DNA of 27,986 nt from a virus (IMGVR_UViG_3300032130_000407:1-27986), one strand, 5' to 3'. Positions 15,174 to 24,727 are shown, counted from the first letter of the stretch. Notes: a model not told the origin generated them from the letters alone. Translations and numbers: made by a program.

Positions 15174-15886
15174 GGAATCTTTTTAGGATCAACCTTTTCA
15201 ACTATTTTACCATTTACAAGATAATCGGGATAGGTGCTCGCTGATCTAGTTCGGCAAAAACCATTCATATAAGTCATTCTGGAACTGGTTGATTTGTTCG
15301 CCTCACTTCCGTGGACAATCGTCACCGACCAAACCATCACATCGCCCTTTTGGGCTGTGTACTTTGTCCCCTCCAAATCACCTCTTTCAAAAAGCCGCAG
15401 GTTTGCAGGGTCGCCAAACTCTTCCCAAAGATGTGATCCTGTAATGAACTCAACAGGACTATTTTCTTCTGTAATGTTGTCTATAGCAATGATCGTTTGA
15501 AGATAATCCGTCACAAGATTCGAAGTGAATACATGACCTTCTCTAAATATCGTATCCCTATGCCACGCAAAGGTATCTAGATCACCTTGTTCTCGGAAAT
15601 AGATTTGATTATTTATCTGTCGAACATCATCGCCTAAAAATATTCGTACAAGATTTTGCATTCGTTCATCAATGCGTATGTCATTCAAATAATTATTGGC
15701 TAATGCCGGAAAAAATATAAGCGACTTCTTGTTGTAGGCTTGTTCACTTGGAGCATGCTTGTACCCCCCTGCCTTAATCTGATCGTCCGTGACTCCATAC
15801 GCTTCACTCTTGATCCTGTCGCACTCTTCCTCAGTGAAGACGGAAGGTATAACAACTACACCCTTATGCTTATATTCTTTCAACAT
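15170..15886 (-). CDS. PhyH family dioxygenase
   Basis: WHRD, IAID, GSH, GDVMVW..VHGS..N.S..R. Confidence 0.9.
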   Translation of the reverse strand: MLKEYKHKGVVVIPSVFTEEECDRIKSEAYGVTDDQIKAGGYKHAPSEQAYNKKSLIFFPALANNYLNDIRIDERMQNLVRIFLGDDVRQINNQIYFREQGDLDTFAWHRDTIFREGHVFTSNLVTDYLQTIIAIDNITEENSPVEFITGSHLWEEFGDPANLRLFERGDLEGTKYTAQKGDVMVWSVTIVHGSEANKSTSSRMTYMNGFCRTRSASTYPDYLVNGKIVEKVDPKKIP

Positions 15887-16385
15887 AGTTACTAAGAATC
15901 TTATACTGATGATCTTCTACGCCCTGTGCGGCAGAGTAAGCCTTTTCATACCCCGCCCGCTTCGCACACTCTATAACTTTGTCACAGTATTCTCCATAGG
16001 GGTACCGCAGATACCTCGTTCTGAACGGTGCAGCGATTTCTTGCATTATCTCTTTTTCCGATAGTTCACAAAGGTTCCTATGCGACCATGTATGCCACCC
16101 GATTTCAAATGTATAAAGACTGCATAATTCTTTAACTTCGTGCATAGTGCAGTAGCGTTCAAGTTTTGGAACATTCTTCAAATCAAACTCGTTGTTTCCT
16201 CCTAGGAAATTCCCCATCACAAACATAATACCAGATTTATCTTTCAAAACATCTTGATTTTCATAGACGTTCCGATAGACCCCATCAAACCCAATCGGAT
16301 CATCACAGGCAAGTATCTGCTCTCGGGTGTGATAGTTGGGATGATTTTCATCTCCAATGTTATGCGCCAATCTCAACCCTTCCAT
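15870..16385 (-). CDS. polysaccharide deacetylase (NodB/CE4-like)
   Basis: EIGWHTWSH..L, RYPYG, degenerate FDG motif 1. Confidence 0.82.
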   Translation of the reverse strand: MEGLRLAHNIGDENHPNYHTREQILACDDPIGFDGVYRNVYENQDVLKDKSGIMFVMGNFLGGNNEFDLKNVPKLERYCTMHEVKELCSLYTFEIGWHTWSHRNLCELSEKEIMQEIAAPFRTRYLRYPYGEYCDKVIECAKRAGYEKAYSAAQGVEDHQYKILSNYVERI

Positions 16386-16876
16386 GGGGAATACCGTTCA
16401 TACTTGTAAACATTAAACACTGAAGTGTATTCCCTGTAAGGAAATCGAAACGTTTCTATCAACCTTCCAAACGGATAAGGCAACAACCAATCTTGAATCC
16501 CACCAATACAGACATGCTTACTGGCAGCCTCCAACACCAGCCTCGCTATCTGTTCATGGTCGTACTGCCTATAAAGCAGACCAGTCACTAGAACTAAATC
16601 GTACTCTCCCTCTGGAGCGAACACACGTTCGACATTCTTGGGCAACCTGCTCGCGGCATTGTCACTCATCTCAATGGCGTGGATCTGCTTTGCCGGAAGA
16701 TCCCCCGTTATGAATCCCTCACCAGCACCAACATCCAATGCCCTGTCATAGTATTCGCCTAAGCCTTCTAGAACTGTCAGATAGAAACGCTTGCGGTAGA
16801 TGTCATCAGGGGTGACCGTGTACTCCCACGGGTCATCCTGTTCATACCATTCTTCAAGTTCCTGCTTGGTCTGCAT
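16373..16876 (-). CDS. SAM-dependent methyltransferase, NodS-like
   Basis: Y..DDPWEY N-terminus, ALDVGAGEG, YDLVLV..LLY. Confidence 0.85.
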   Translation of the reverse strand: MQTKQELEEWYEQDDPWEYTVTPDDIYRKRFYLTVLEGLGEYYDRALDVGAGEGFITGDLPAKQIHAIEMSDNAASRLPKNVERVFAPEGEYDLVLVTGLLYRQYDHEQIARLVLEAASKHVCIGGIQDWLLPYPFGRLIETFRFPYREYTSVFNVYKYERYSPWKG

Positions 16877-16879
16877 TCA

Positions 16880-16981
16880 TTAGCGCCGCTTCGTCCTTGG
16901 CCTGCGCTCGGGTCGCCGTGCGCGCGGTTTCTTGGGCAGGCGCTTGGCGTTCCCGCTCCTCTTCCCCCCGTAATACCCCAT
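16880..16981 (-). CDS. 33-aa Arg/Lys-rich peptide
   Basis: TAATG coupling; MGYYGGKRSGNAKRLPKKPRARRPERRPRTKRR; fills the gap between genes. Confidence 0.6.
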   Translation of the reverse strand: MGYYGGKRSGNAKRLPKKPRARRPERRPRTKRR

Positions 16982-17829
16982 TACAACTCTTCGATCTTGT
17001 CTGCCAATTCCCTAAGTTTCTCAGCCAACTCACGAGCATGGGCTTCTTTCGGATCGGCAGGCGGCCAACCAGTAGTCGTCCCCACCATGGCCTCAGCCTC
17101 TTCCGTTTCTTTAGCGGCCTCTTCCTTCTCGGCAATCATCCGAGCAACGGCATCCCAATCAATGCCGGGGTCCAATGGGTCAGGACCAAGGTTTTCCAAC
17201 TTGTAATCCGAAATATCCCACGCCATATTTTCAGGAGCCACCGCAGGGCCGCCATAGTAAGCATCCAACCACGCCCAAACTACCGCCGTCTTATCAGTGA
17301 CTACGAGATTGTGGCGAACCCAGTCACCTCCATCTACTCGGGCACGAATGAAACCCTCATCGAAATCGGCTTCACATTCAAAAAGAACAGCGTTGCCACC
17401 CACTTTGAGTTGTCCAACCTTGACCGAATCACCCCACTTTGGACCCTGACCCAGATGGTAGAAGTACATGCCAATAGGCATGAATCCATCCTTGGTCTTG
17501 CCGAACCAAGTACGAAACGAGAAACCATCGGGAGCGGGCTGTCGGTTGCCATGTCCATAGGATTGGCCTCTGGCATTCTTGTAGCGCAGATCAGCGAACC
17601 CCAGCGTCTTTCCCGTACTGTGGGAATCCCAATTACTGAGCGCCCTGACCATGTAAGACACCTTCACATGGCGACAGGGTGGGACTTCCTTGTAGAGAGC
17701 GCACCCGTAGTGGTCGCCGGTTCGGAACATCAGCCGTAGGGCATCACCGCTCACATAGGCGTTTTTGATGTCCCCCTTCCACGACTTCTGCCATCCCTCT
17801 TCAAACGTTTCATGGACCAGAATGGACAT
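16981..17829 (-). CDS. polysaccharide lyase-like (PL14-type) protein
   Basis: GKTLG, GFSFRTWF, Y.YH, YYGG resemble PL14 GKLPG / GFS.R.MW / FFGG motifs. Confidence 0.6.
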   Translation of the reverse strand: MSILVHETFEEGWQKSWKGDIKNAYVSGDALRLMFRTGDHYGCALYKEVPPCRHVKVSYMVRALSNWDSHSTGKTLGFADLRYKNARGQSYGHGNRQPAPDGFSFRTWFGKTKDGFMPIGMYFYHLGQGPKWGDSVKVGQLKVGGNAVLFECEADFDEGFIRARVDGGDWVRHNLVVTDKTAVVWAWLDAYYGGPAVAPENMAWDISDYKLENLGPDPLDPGIDWDAVARMIAEKEEAAKETEEAEAMVGTTTGWPPADPKEAHARELAEKLRELADKIEEL

Positions 17830-17832
17830 GGC

Positions 17833-18195
17833 TTATCGTTTACCTCCGTCGTATCGGACCGCGTGGCCCTCTTCAAGCAATACATCATTCAAACAAACGC
17901 CTTCTTCATTAAGAATCCGCCCCAGAACCCGACCAAACTTTCCCTTCTTATCTAAAGAAGTTTCAATAATGGGATGATTCCCTGCATGTTCAACCAACCA
18001 ACGGCCCACAAAATCTTTTGCAGCAAGACCCAAAGCCTTTTCCTCCAAGTCTCTGGTGCGAGATTCCGGAGTATTGATACCTACCAACCGCACGCGGGAT
18101 TTGTACGAAATATCGAAACCTAAATCGAAGATGACATCTACGGTGTCTCCGTCAACGACGCGATCCACTTTGGCACGGTATTGGTATAGTTGCAT
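17833..18195 (-). CDS. thermonuclease (SNase-like), leaderless
   Basis: RVVDGDT, RVRLVGINTPE, GKFGRVL; TAGTAT 6 nt upstream of ATG. Confidence 0.93.
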   Translation of the reverse strand: MQLYQYRAKVDRVVDGDTVDVIFDLGFDISYKSRVRLVGINTPESRTRDLEEKALGLAAKDFVGRWLVEHAGNHPIIETSLDKKGKFGRVLGRILNEEGVCLNDVLLEEGHAVRYDGGKR

Positions 18196-18211
18196 CTAAA
18201 CATACTAATGC

Positions 18212-18487
18212 CTACTCCCCTACCTCAATGTAAATACACTCACCCGGACACTCATCTGCCGATTCAATCACGGCCTCCAACTGGTCCTCAGGAACCTCGG
18301 CCATGCCTTCGGCCATCTGGTAGGCGGGATCACCCTTGGGGGAACCATCTGGGCCGTACATCGTGGGCCATCCAACCTCCTTGACGTAGGCCAATCCATC
18401 GTCGTGCATCTCGAAGATGTCAGGGCAAATCTCGGCGCACAGACCGTCGCCCGTACACAGGTCTTGGTCAATCCAAACCTTCATCAT
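18212..18487 (-). CDS. single-cluster ferredoxin
   Basis: KVWIDQDLCTGDGLC...CPGECI (CxxDxxC...C). Confidence 0.93.
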   Translation of the reverse strand: MMKVWIDQDLCTGDGLCAEICPDIFEMHDDGLAYVKEVGWPTMYGPDGSPKGDPAYQMAEGMAEVPEDQLEAVIESADECPGECIYIEVGE

Positions 18488-21400
18488 TCAACCTCTTCGA
18501 TAGTTAGTCGGTACCACCCACTGTTGTTCCCGTTGTACACGGAAGCACGCACCACATAGTCGCCAGCAGCCTGATTCGTGCGGACGATGCGGCTGTCCCA
18601 CTGATCGCTCACGTTGTCGATCACGGGAACACCGTCAGAGCAAGCCCCCCCGGTATCGCAGTAGGTGATCGTCGGGGTTTCGTCCACATCCACGGCGGTG
18701 CTGGGAGGGTTAACACAAGTGTTCCCACAGTCGTTCCCGCCATCATCGTCACTTTCAATCTGTTGACCGACCCCTACTGCTGACGCATCTCCTGAGTGGT
18801 CTCCCTCGGGAGCGTGGGTATCCCAGTTCAGGTAGATGTAGGGGTCGGCAGCCTCGTTGTTTGTATTGAACTGAGCACGGGTCAGGTTCGTTTCAGCGTC
18901 GATACGGATGCTCGTAGGTTCATCCAACGTGAACTGGACATAGTCATAGTTGGTGCGGCTAGTAGACGAGACGATGCACCAGTCTCCCATGCCTCTCCAA
19001 CCACCCTCAGCGCAGCCCTCCTCGGTGCCCACGGTCGCGCTCGCACTCGCAGTAGTCGTGGTGGCCTCCGTGTAGGCATCACCAACAGTGGCCGTTGTTT
19101 CATTGTCATTCCATGACCTCTGGGTGGAGCAACCGCCACTCTGCTGTATCCCATCTATCATAAGGCAGGACACAAAGTCAGTTCCTGTCCGCGCCACCAC
19201 GGTCGTTGTATCAACGAGGGTGTTGGTGACCGTCGTAGCGGTCGTCGTGACTGTAGTTGTATCTAGATGCCAGTGACCGTCGTTGCTGTTATGCGTCAGA
19301 ATCCCCGACTCTGAGGTGGTGACATTGGTCGTGGTTGCTGTCCCCGTCTGGGCAGTTGACGAGGATGTAGAGATCGTTTCTTGCAATGACACAGCAGTGT
19401 TCGTATATGTGTAGGTCGGAACATAGACCGGAGCAGGAGGGGGGATGTATGTCTCTTGGACTTCTTCGGGGAGATATTCTTCTGCGACCTCAGCATCAAC
19501 TATCCCTGCTTCTACCTCAACAGTGAAGTCAACCCATGTAACATACCCACCCGGCGGAGTACCCCAGTCATCGTAATAGTTAGGATCATTTGCTGCGTCG
19601 TAAGCCTCCCAACTAGTGAAGCCGCCGGGAGCCATAGAGCAGGCATCCGTACCCCTACACCCTTCATAGGGATCCCAACTAGGTTCAGGTACTACTGGTT
19701 CCGGTTCCTCTACTACTGGCTCTTCTGGTGGCTCCTCTGGCTGCAATTCACACCAGTGTTCATCACAAATATCAGGTGAGTCTTCATCAGGCCAAGGCAC
19801 CACCTCTTCATCCCAGTATGGATCTTCTTCCTCGTCCCAAGGCTCCTCGTCCCAAGGCTCCTCTTCACACCAAGACTCCGCATCACAAACGTCAGGCTCT
19901 TCAGGCTCCCAATCTGGATCCCAGTCTGGATCTTCTACCTCCCAATCTGGGTCTTCTTCGATCTCCTCATCCCAAGGCGGCTCTTCGCACCAATCAGTAT
20001 CTGAACAGCCCTCCTCTACCTCAGGCTCCTCCACCTCAGGCTCATCCGTTTCTTCGATTTCAGGTTCGTCTACTTCTTCAGAAGGCACCTCCGCTTCATC
20101 CACTTGCTCTTCATCCACTTCCTCTTCTGAAGGTGAATCTGGCTCGGGTAGAAGTTCTTCGTCAAAGGTGCCTGTATCTTCCGGGTCGGTGAATGGGTCT
20201 TCCTCATCATCCCACAACTCTGGCTCTTCCAAGTCATCAACATCTTCACCCGTGAATTCATTCCAGTCGTCCCACTCCTCCTCGGTCCACTCCTCGGTCA
20301 TGTCCTCCCAGTCCTCCTCCCACTGGGCTTCCATTTCCTCGTCGTATTCCTGCCAATCCTCTTCTGTCCATTCCCATGTTTCGCTAGGTGGTGGTCCCCA
20401 GTCCTCGGGCCACTCCTCTAGACCCTCCTCCTCCAGAATCCACGCTTCCTCATCTTCCGCTGACCAGTTTCCCCACTCGTCATCTTCTTCTAACCAAAGA
20501 TCATCTTCAGATACATTTTCATCTTCTTCTTCCATCCAATCTTCATCAGACCAATCCTCTTCCAAGGACAAATCGGAATCTTCATCCAAGGACCACTCGT
20601 CATCTTCTTCATCATTGACCTCCCATAACAATTCCTGTTCAGCGTCATACGCTTCCCAATCACCATCATCCCACAGCGCGGTTTCGCTAGGTGACGGACC
20701 CCAGTCCTCTGGCCATTCGTCAAAACCTTCCTCTGCAAGAATCATGGCCTCTTCATCAGCGGCCCACTCTTGATCGTAGGCGTCCCAATCGTCTTCAGTC
20801 CACTCTGCGGATTCCGTGGGTGACGGACCCCAATCCTCAGGCCACTCCTCTACACCCAGTTCTTCCAGCAGTTCCTCTTCCCACGACTCCGGATCTTCCA
20901 TCTCCTCTTCCCAGATGGCGTCCATTTCCTCGTCGTAGATATCCCAATCTTCTTCTTCCCAGTCAACGGTTTCGGTAGGCGACGGACCCATGAGGTCTTC
21001 GTTCCACTCCTCCAAACCCATCTCTTCCAGAATCCACGCCTCTTCCAAATCAGCGTCATACTCCTGAAAGGCGAAATCCTCTTCGTAATATTCTTCTTCG
21101 TACTCCTCCCAGAACTCCTCCTCATCAAACTCTTCATGTTCTTCAAAGAATTCGATGCGCTCCTCTTCGACCTCCTCCATGAACGATTCAACTTCTTCAA
21201 ACAGTTCTTCAACATCGACAGCCTCACCAAAGAGATCGTCCATCAACTCCTGTTCTTCTTCAAAATATTCGTCGTCGTATTCGACTTCTTCCCACTGCTC
21301 GTCTTCCCAATACTCTTCATCCACACTGAGAAGAATCTCAACGAAATCAATCTCATCTTCTTCAAATATTTCAGGGGCTTCCCACTCTTCAACTGATTCG

Positions 21401-23328
21401 ATCTCTTCGACGTAGGACGCGCCCAACACTTCTTCAATGCGATCCTCAGCAACCGCTTGGAAATATTCAGCATCCGAAGCGACCCACGCTTCAACTTCAA
21501 CTTCCTCTACTGTGATCTCCCCTACATCTACATCGAACGTCAGTTCGATAACAACGGGAACGATTACCGGTTCTGGTGCAGGGGGCAGGGTCGCTGCCGG
21601 AGCATCCGGTCGATCCGGAATGGTGACAGTCGGTTCATCGAACACCTGTTCGACAACCCGGTAAGCGGTCATGTCAACCTCTACCTCGGCCAGCACCTCG
21701 CCCGCTTCATCTTGAATAGCAATATCCAGCGTGTCTCTGACTGGCTCCGACTCAGGAATTGTGACACCCGGCTGCTCAGGTTCAGGCTCCGGTTCTGGAG
21801 CAAAAGCCACCTCAATTTGCTGACCGGCTTCCAGTTCGATCTCAACCTCAAGGGCATCAACAGCAATCGCGACAGTCGCTTCCTCTATCTCTGCAATTTC
21901 GATTGATTCTTCAGAGAAGGCCAACAACGACTGAGCCTCTTCAGGTTCTTCTTCAACCTCTTCTTCAGCCTCTTCCCACCGTTCCGGCTCTTCCTCCTCC
22001 ACGATGACCGCTTCAATCTGAACCGATTTCTCCTCGCTCAGAACCAGCAGAGAGAACTTTTGTTCAGTTTCTTCTTCTATCTGTTCCTCTATTGCTTCTT
22101 CGATTCTGTCCCTAGTAGAAGTCGGCTCTTCTACTTCGGGAGTTGGAACATCAATCTCTTCGACATCTGCGGAGAACGACTCCACCCCCGGTGGAAGAAA
22201 CACCAAAACTGGATCAGCGGTACTTGGCCCTGAAATCAGATAACGATAAGTAGCGCCTTCAATTTCATTAACGAACGCACCATCGTAGTAACCCAGCCTG
22301 TCACCTGATTCAGTTTCAATCTTAAGAGCCATCTGCTTGTCACCAGAAGCGGCAACGGTAAGCATTGTCCCTGACTCTTCTCCCTCTTCCTGAGGGCAGA
22401 AACTGCAAGTAAACGGACCGGACCGGGAACGCATCGGAGTGAGTTCCATGGTCCCCGTCCCACCAAACCAAGCCTCCGATTGTTCCGTGGGGTTGGTCGC
22501 AGCAAGGGCATACATCCATTGACCGTCATTGGATACGTCGATCCAACGTTCCTCGTTAGGCCAGTTGGAATCGTAGATATGGATGCGATAGCCACCGGCC
22601 ATCTCTTCTACTCGGTAAGGCGTGACGGCGTGTCCGCCCATCTCGCTGTAAATACCGATTGTGAAACCGGTGTGCGGGTTTCCCTTTTCTGCTTCTGAGA
22701 AATCGTAGAGAAGAACCTCTGCCAATTCCGTGGGAGACTTCTCTAGATAAGAGGATGCTTCCTGCTGCACCTCCATGGCGAACTGGGTTACATACCAGTA
22801 GGCGATTTCAGAGAGGAGGGCCGGATCCTGCTTGATGAGTTCCGCAACAGTTTGTGTGTTTTGGAAGGTCGCAAGGGTTTCTATGTCGCCCGCGAGGCGG
22901 AGGCTCAACACCGCCAAGCCTTCGCACAGCCCTCCACGCATTGACTTGTTGGCCTGCGACATCAACTGCAAGATCACCGGATACGGCGTACATTGACCGT
23001 CGGTTACATCTGAACAAACTTGGTTGTCGCCGTACAGACGACGCGCCATGTTTACTGTCAGGTCTGCTGGTGCTTCCCCACCACCGAAGTTCTCAAAAGA
23101 GAAGGTGTCATCTACGGTCGCGTAATTCGGGATGGCGTGATCCGCCAGAGGAACTTCCTCAAGAACTACTGAAGCGATAGTGGCAGTAGGGGCAACAGTT
23201 GTCGTGACTACATCAGTGGTCGTCGGAGGAAAGAGTGTCGTCGGAGATGCATCCGGATCTCCGGCAGGGGAGGAACATCCGAATAAGAACAGCGACCCCG
23301 CTAGCAGGGTGGCGATAAACCGTTTCAC
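18484..23328 (-). CDS. 1614-aa acidic lipoprotein with putative Cys-His-Asp domain and C-terminal PPC-like domain
   Basis: Lipobox LFGC; GGLCEG/GGHAV/IYDSN; long E/D/W-rich repeats; Thr-rich linker; DPYIYL..DDDGG..DSRI..GDYVV. Confidence 0.75.
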   Translation of the reverse strand: MKRFIATLLAGSLFLFGCSSPAGDPDASPTTLFPPTTTDVVTTTVAPTATIASVVLEEVPLADHAIPNYATVDDTFSFENFGGGEAPADLTVNMARRLYGDNQVCSDVTDGQCTPYPVILQLMSQANKSMRGGLCEGLAVLSLRLAGDIETLATFQNTQTVAELIKQDPALLSEIAYWYVTQFAMEVQQEASSYLEKSPTELAEVLLYDFSEAEKGNPHTGFTIGIYSEMGGHAVTPYRVEEMAGGYRIHIYDSNWPNEERWIDVSNDGQWMYALAATNPTEQSEAWFGGTGTMELTPMRSRSGPFTCSFCPQEEGEESGTMLTVAASGDKQMALKIETESGDRLGYYDGAFVNEIEGATYRYLISGPSTADPVLVFLPPGVESFSADVEEIDVPTPEVEEPTSTRDRIEEAIEEQIEEETEQKFSLLVLSEEKSVQIEAVIVEEEEPERWEEAEEEVEEEPEEAQSLLAFSEESIEIAEIEEATVAIAVDALEVEIELEAGQQIEVAFAPEPEPEPEQPGVTIPESEPVRDTLDIAIQDEAGEVLAEVEVDMTAYRVVEQVFDEPTVTIPDRPDAPAATLPPAPEPVIVPVVIELTFDVDVGEITVEEVEVEAWVASDAEYFQAVAEDRIEEVLGASYVEEIESVEEWEAPEIFEEDEIDFVEILLSVDEEYWEDEQWEEVEYDDEYFEEEQELMDDLFGEAVDVEELFEEVESFMEEVEEERIEFFEEHEEFDEEEFWEEYEEEYYEEDFAFQEYDADLEEAWILEEMGLEEWNEDLMGPSPTETVDWEEEDWDIYDEEMDAIWEEEMEDPESWEEELLEELGVEEWPEDWGPSPTESAEWTEDDWDAYDQEWAADEEAMILAEEGFDEWPEDWGPSPSETALWDDGDWEAYDAEQELLWEVNDEEDDEWSLDEDSDLSLEEDWSDEDWMEEEDENVSEDDLWLEEDDEWGNWSAEDEEAWILEEEGLEEWPEDWGPPPSETWEWTEEDWQEYDEEMEAQWEEDWEDMTEEWTEEEWDDWNEFTGEDVDDLEEPELWDDEEDPFTDPEDTGTFDEELLPEPDSPSEEEVDEEQVDEAEVPSEEVDEPEIEETDEPEVEEPEVEEGCSDTDWCEEPPWDEEIEEDPDWEVEDPDWDPDWEPEEPDVCDAESWCEEEPWDEEPWDEEEDPYWDEEVVPWPDEDSPDICDEHWCELQPEEPPEEPVVEEPEPVVPEPSWDPYEGCRGTDACSMAPGGFTSWEAYDAANDPNYYDDWGTPPGGYVTWVDFTVEVEAGIVDAEVAEEYLPEEVQETYIPPPAPVYVPTYTYTNTAVSLQETISTSSSTAQTGTATTTNVTTSESGILTHNSNDGHWHLDTTTVTTTATTVTNTLVDTTTVVARTGTDFVSCLMIDGIQQSGGCSTQRSWNDNETTATVGDAYTEATTTTASASATVGTEEGCAEGGWRGMGDWCIVSSTSRTNYDYVQFTLDEPTSIRIDAETNLTRAQFNTNNEAADPYIYLNWDTHAPEGDHSGDASAVGVGQQIESDDDGGNDCGNTCVNPPSTAVDVDETPTITYCDTGGACSDGVPVIDNVSDQWDSRIVRTNQAAGDYVVRASVYNGNNSGWYRLTIEEVE

Positions 23329-23332
23329 GGCT

Positions 23333-23773
23333 CTACTGCCGTTTGCGTTTATTCTGGTACCAGAAAAGAAAGCCGACTAGAACAACTAACGCGGTAGCGA
23401 CAATAATAACGGTTACCGATCCACCCGGCGCTCCGCTCATGTCCAACGAAAAGTTTTTGGTCCCACCGCCAAGAAGATCGTTCTCGGCCTTCATCTCTGC
23501 TACTGCCTGCTCCAACTGTTCAACCTTGTAGTTGAGAGCAGCCTCTTCCCCAGATGATTGCCAGATGAATCCAAAGGCTCCAGAAATGGCAGCAGGTAGA
23601 CCAAGGACGTAGGCTATGTTGTCTTTGATGCGGTCAAACAAGCCTGAAGCGTGTTTAGCCGCACCGACGACAGACATACCTACGCCCTCGGTTACCTCTA
23701 AGTCCGTTTCCTCCAGTGCGTTGGAAATATTATCCGCAGCACCTTCCAAGTATTTCCGAAGCGCGTCATCCAT
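23333..23773 (-). CDS. membrane protein with two hydrophobic segments
   Basis: IAYVLGLPAAISGAFGFIW and VTVIIVATALVVLVGFLFWY; GAGG RBS. Confidence 0.75.
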   Translation of the reverse strand: MDDALRKYLEGAADNISNALEETDLEVTEGVGMSVVGAAKHASGLFDRIKDNIAYVLGLPAAISGAFGFIWQSSGEEAALNYKVEQLEQAVAEMKAENDLLGGGTKNFSLDMSGAPGGSVTVIIVATALVVLVGFLFWYQNKRKRQ

Positions 23774-23871
23774 AGCAACCTCTTATGGGCTTATGCCCAA
23801 GTCACTTAGATGATACCCGCTAACGTAATACGGAAACGGTTAGTTTCTGGTCTTCCCCGTATTCAATGTCC

Positions 23872-24078
23872 TCAAGACATCATCGACGGCGAACGGTCTC
23901 CGAACTTACTTGCAGCCCAGCCCTTGATAACTGCGACACCTGCTGACACACCGGCCATCAGAATCATCTTCCAGTTATCTACGCCAAGGTCCATGACGCT
24001 GTTGGTACCCATGGCACCAATAGCGGCTTGAACAAAAGTTGCAATTGTACGTTCGGCAAGATCCTTGTATTCGGCCAT
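23872..24078 (-). CDS. holin, r1t-like
   Basis: DLAERTIATFVQA motif, two hydrophobic segments, 68 aa. Confidence 0.75.
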   Translation of the reverse strand: MAEYKDLAERTIATFVQAAIGAMGTNSVMDLGVDNWKMILMAGVSAGVAVIKGWAASKFGDRSPSMMS

Positions 24079-24258
24079 GAAATAACCTCACATCTCGCCA
24101 ATATGGACAGCCCTAAGGCTAATGAGAGTTTACTCCACTTGAATATGCTGAAAGATGAACCTTATACTGTTTCAAATACCGCGTCACTTTCTTCGTATGG
24201 ATAGTCGCGTGGTGTAGTATAGTCATCATCGCGTATCAGACGAATCTAAGGACGGGCG

Positions 24259-24510
24259 ATGGAATTTGCGAACGTTATTCCAGATGGAACCAAGAAGGTG
24301 ATCCTGACTCGTGTCATCAAAGAACTAGAGATTGAAATCTGGGACAAATGCACGATGATGGGCGTTGATATGGCTGCCCTCGCCGCTGATTATGCTGCTC
24401 CGGCTGAACCAGAAGACAGCGACGGCCTAACGTATGTGGGTGAGAGGCAGATCGAATCACTGAACACACGCATCGTCAGTTGTAAGGCCCAACTAGCAGC
24501 ATTAGGATAA
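24259..24510 (+). CDS. hypothetical protein (paralog family A)
   Basis: AAGGA RBS; similarity to next gene. Confidence 0.75.
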   Translation: MEFANVIPDGTKKVILTRVIKELEIEIWDKCTMMGVDMAALAADYAAPAEPEDSDGLTYVGERQIESLNTRIVSCKAQLAALG

Positions 24511-24514
24511 TCAA

Positions 24515-24724
24515 ATGGCTCTCACCGTTGAACAGGTGGCCGCAGCCAAAGCGGAAGCCAAAGAATTCTTGGAGTATTCCACACAGATACTCTGTCACAC
24601 GCTTGGCGTAGATCCGGCGACTGTCACCGCTTCTTACACCAATCCAGTTGCCGTAGATGACGCGTTCTATGAATCCCACGAATGCCTGCGAATTCAACTA
24701 GCAGCGCTTGGCGCATTGGCGTAA
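24515..24724 (+). CDS. hypothetical protein (paralog family A)
   Basis: C..LGVD.A...Y..P and QLAALG shared with preceding gene. Confidence 0.75.
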   Translation: MALTVEQVAAAKAEAKEFLEYSTQILCHTLGVDPATVTASYTNPVAVDDAFYESHECLRIQLAALGALA

Positions 24725-24727
24725 GTC

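Noticed and set aside
16897-17739. 280-aa + strand ORF
   Set aside because: Antisense shadow of the lyase-like gene, no motif
19831-19860. 15-nt tandem duplication
   Set aside because: Encodes EPWDE repeats within the lipoprotein
19728-21906. Ser/Pro/Phe-rich + strand ORFs and alternate-frame ORFs
   Set aside because: Shadows of the Glu/Asp-rich lipoprotein codons
23786-23799. Small hairpin TGGGC-TTAT-GCCCA as another repeat copy
   Set aside because: 5-bp stem, no G/C runs or CCCCTT tail
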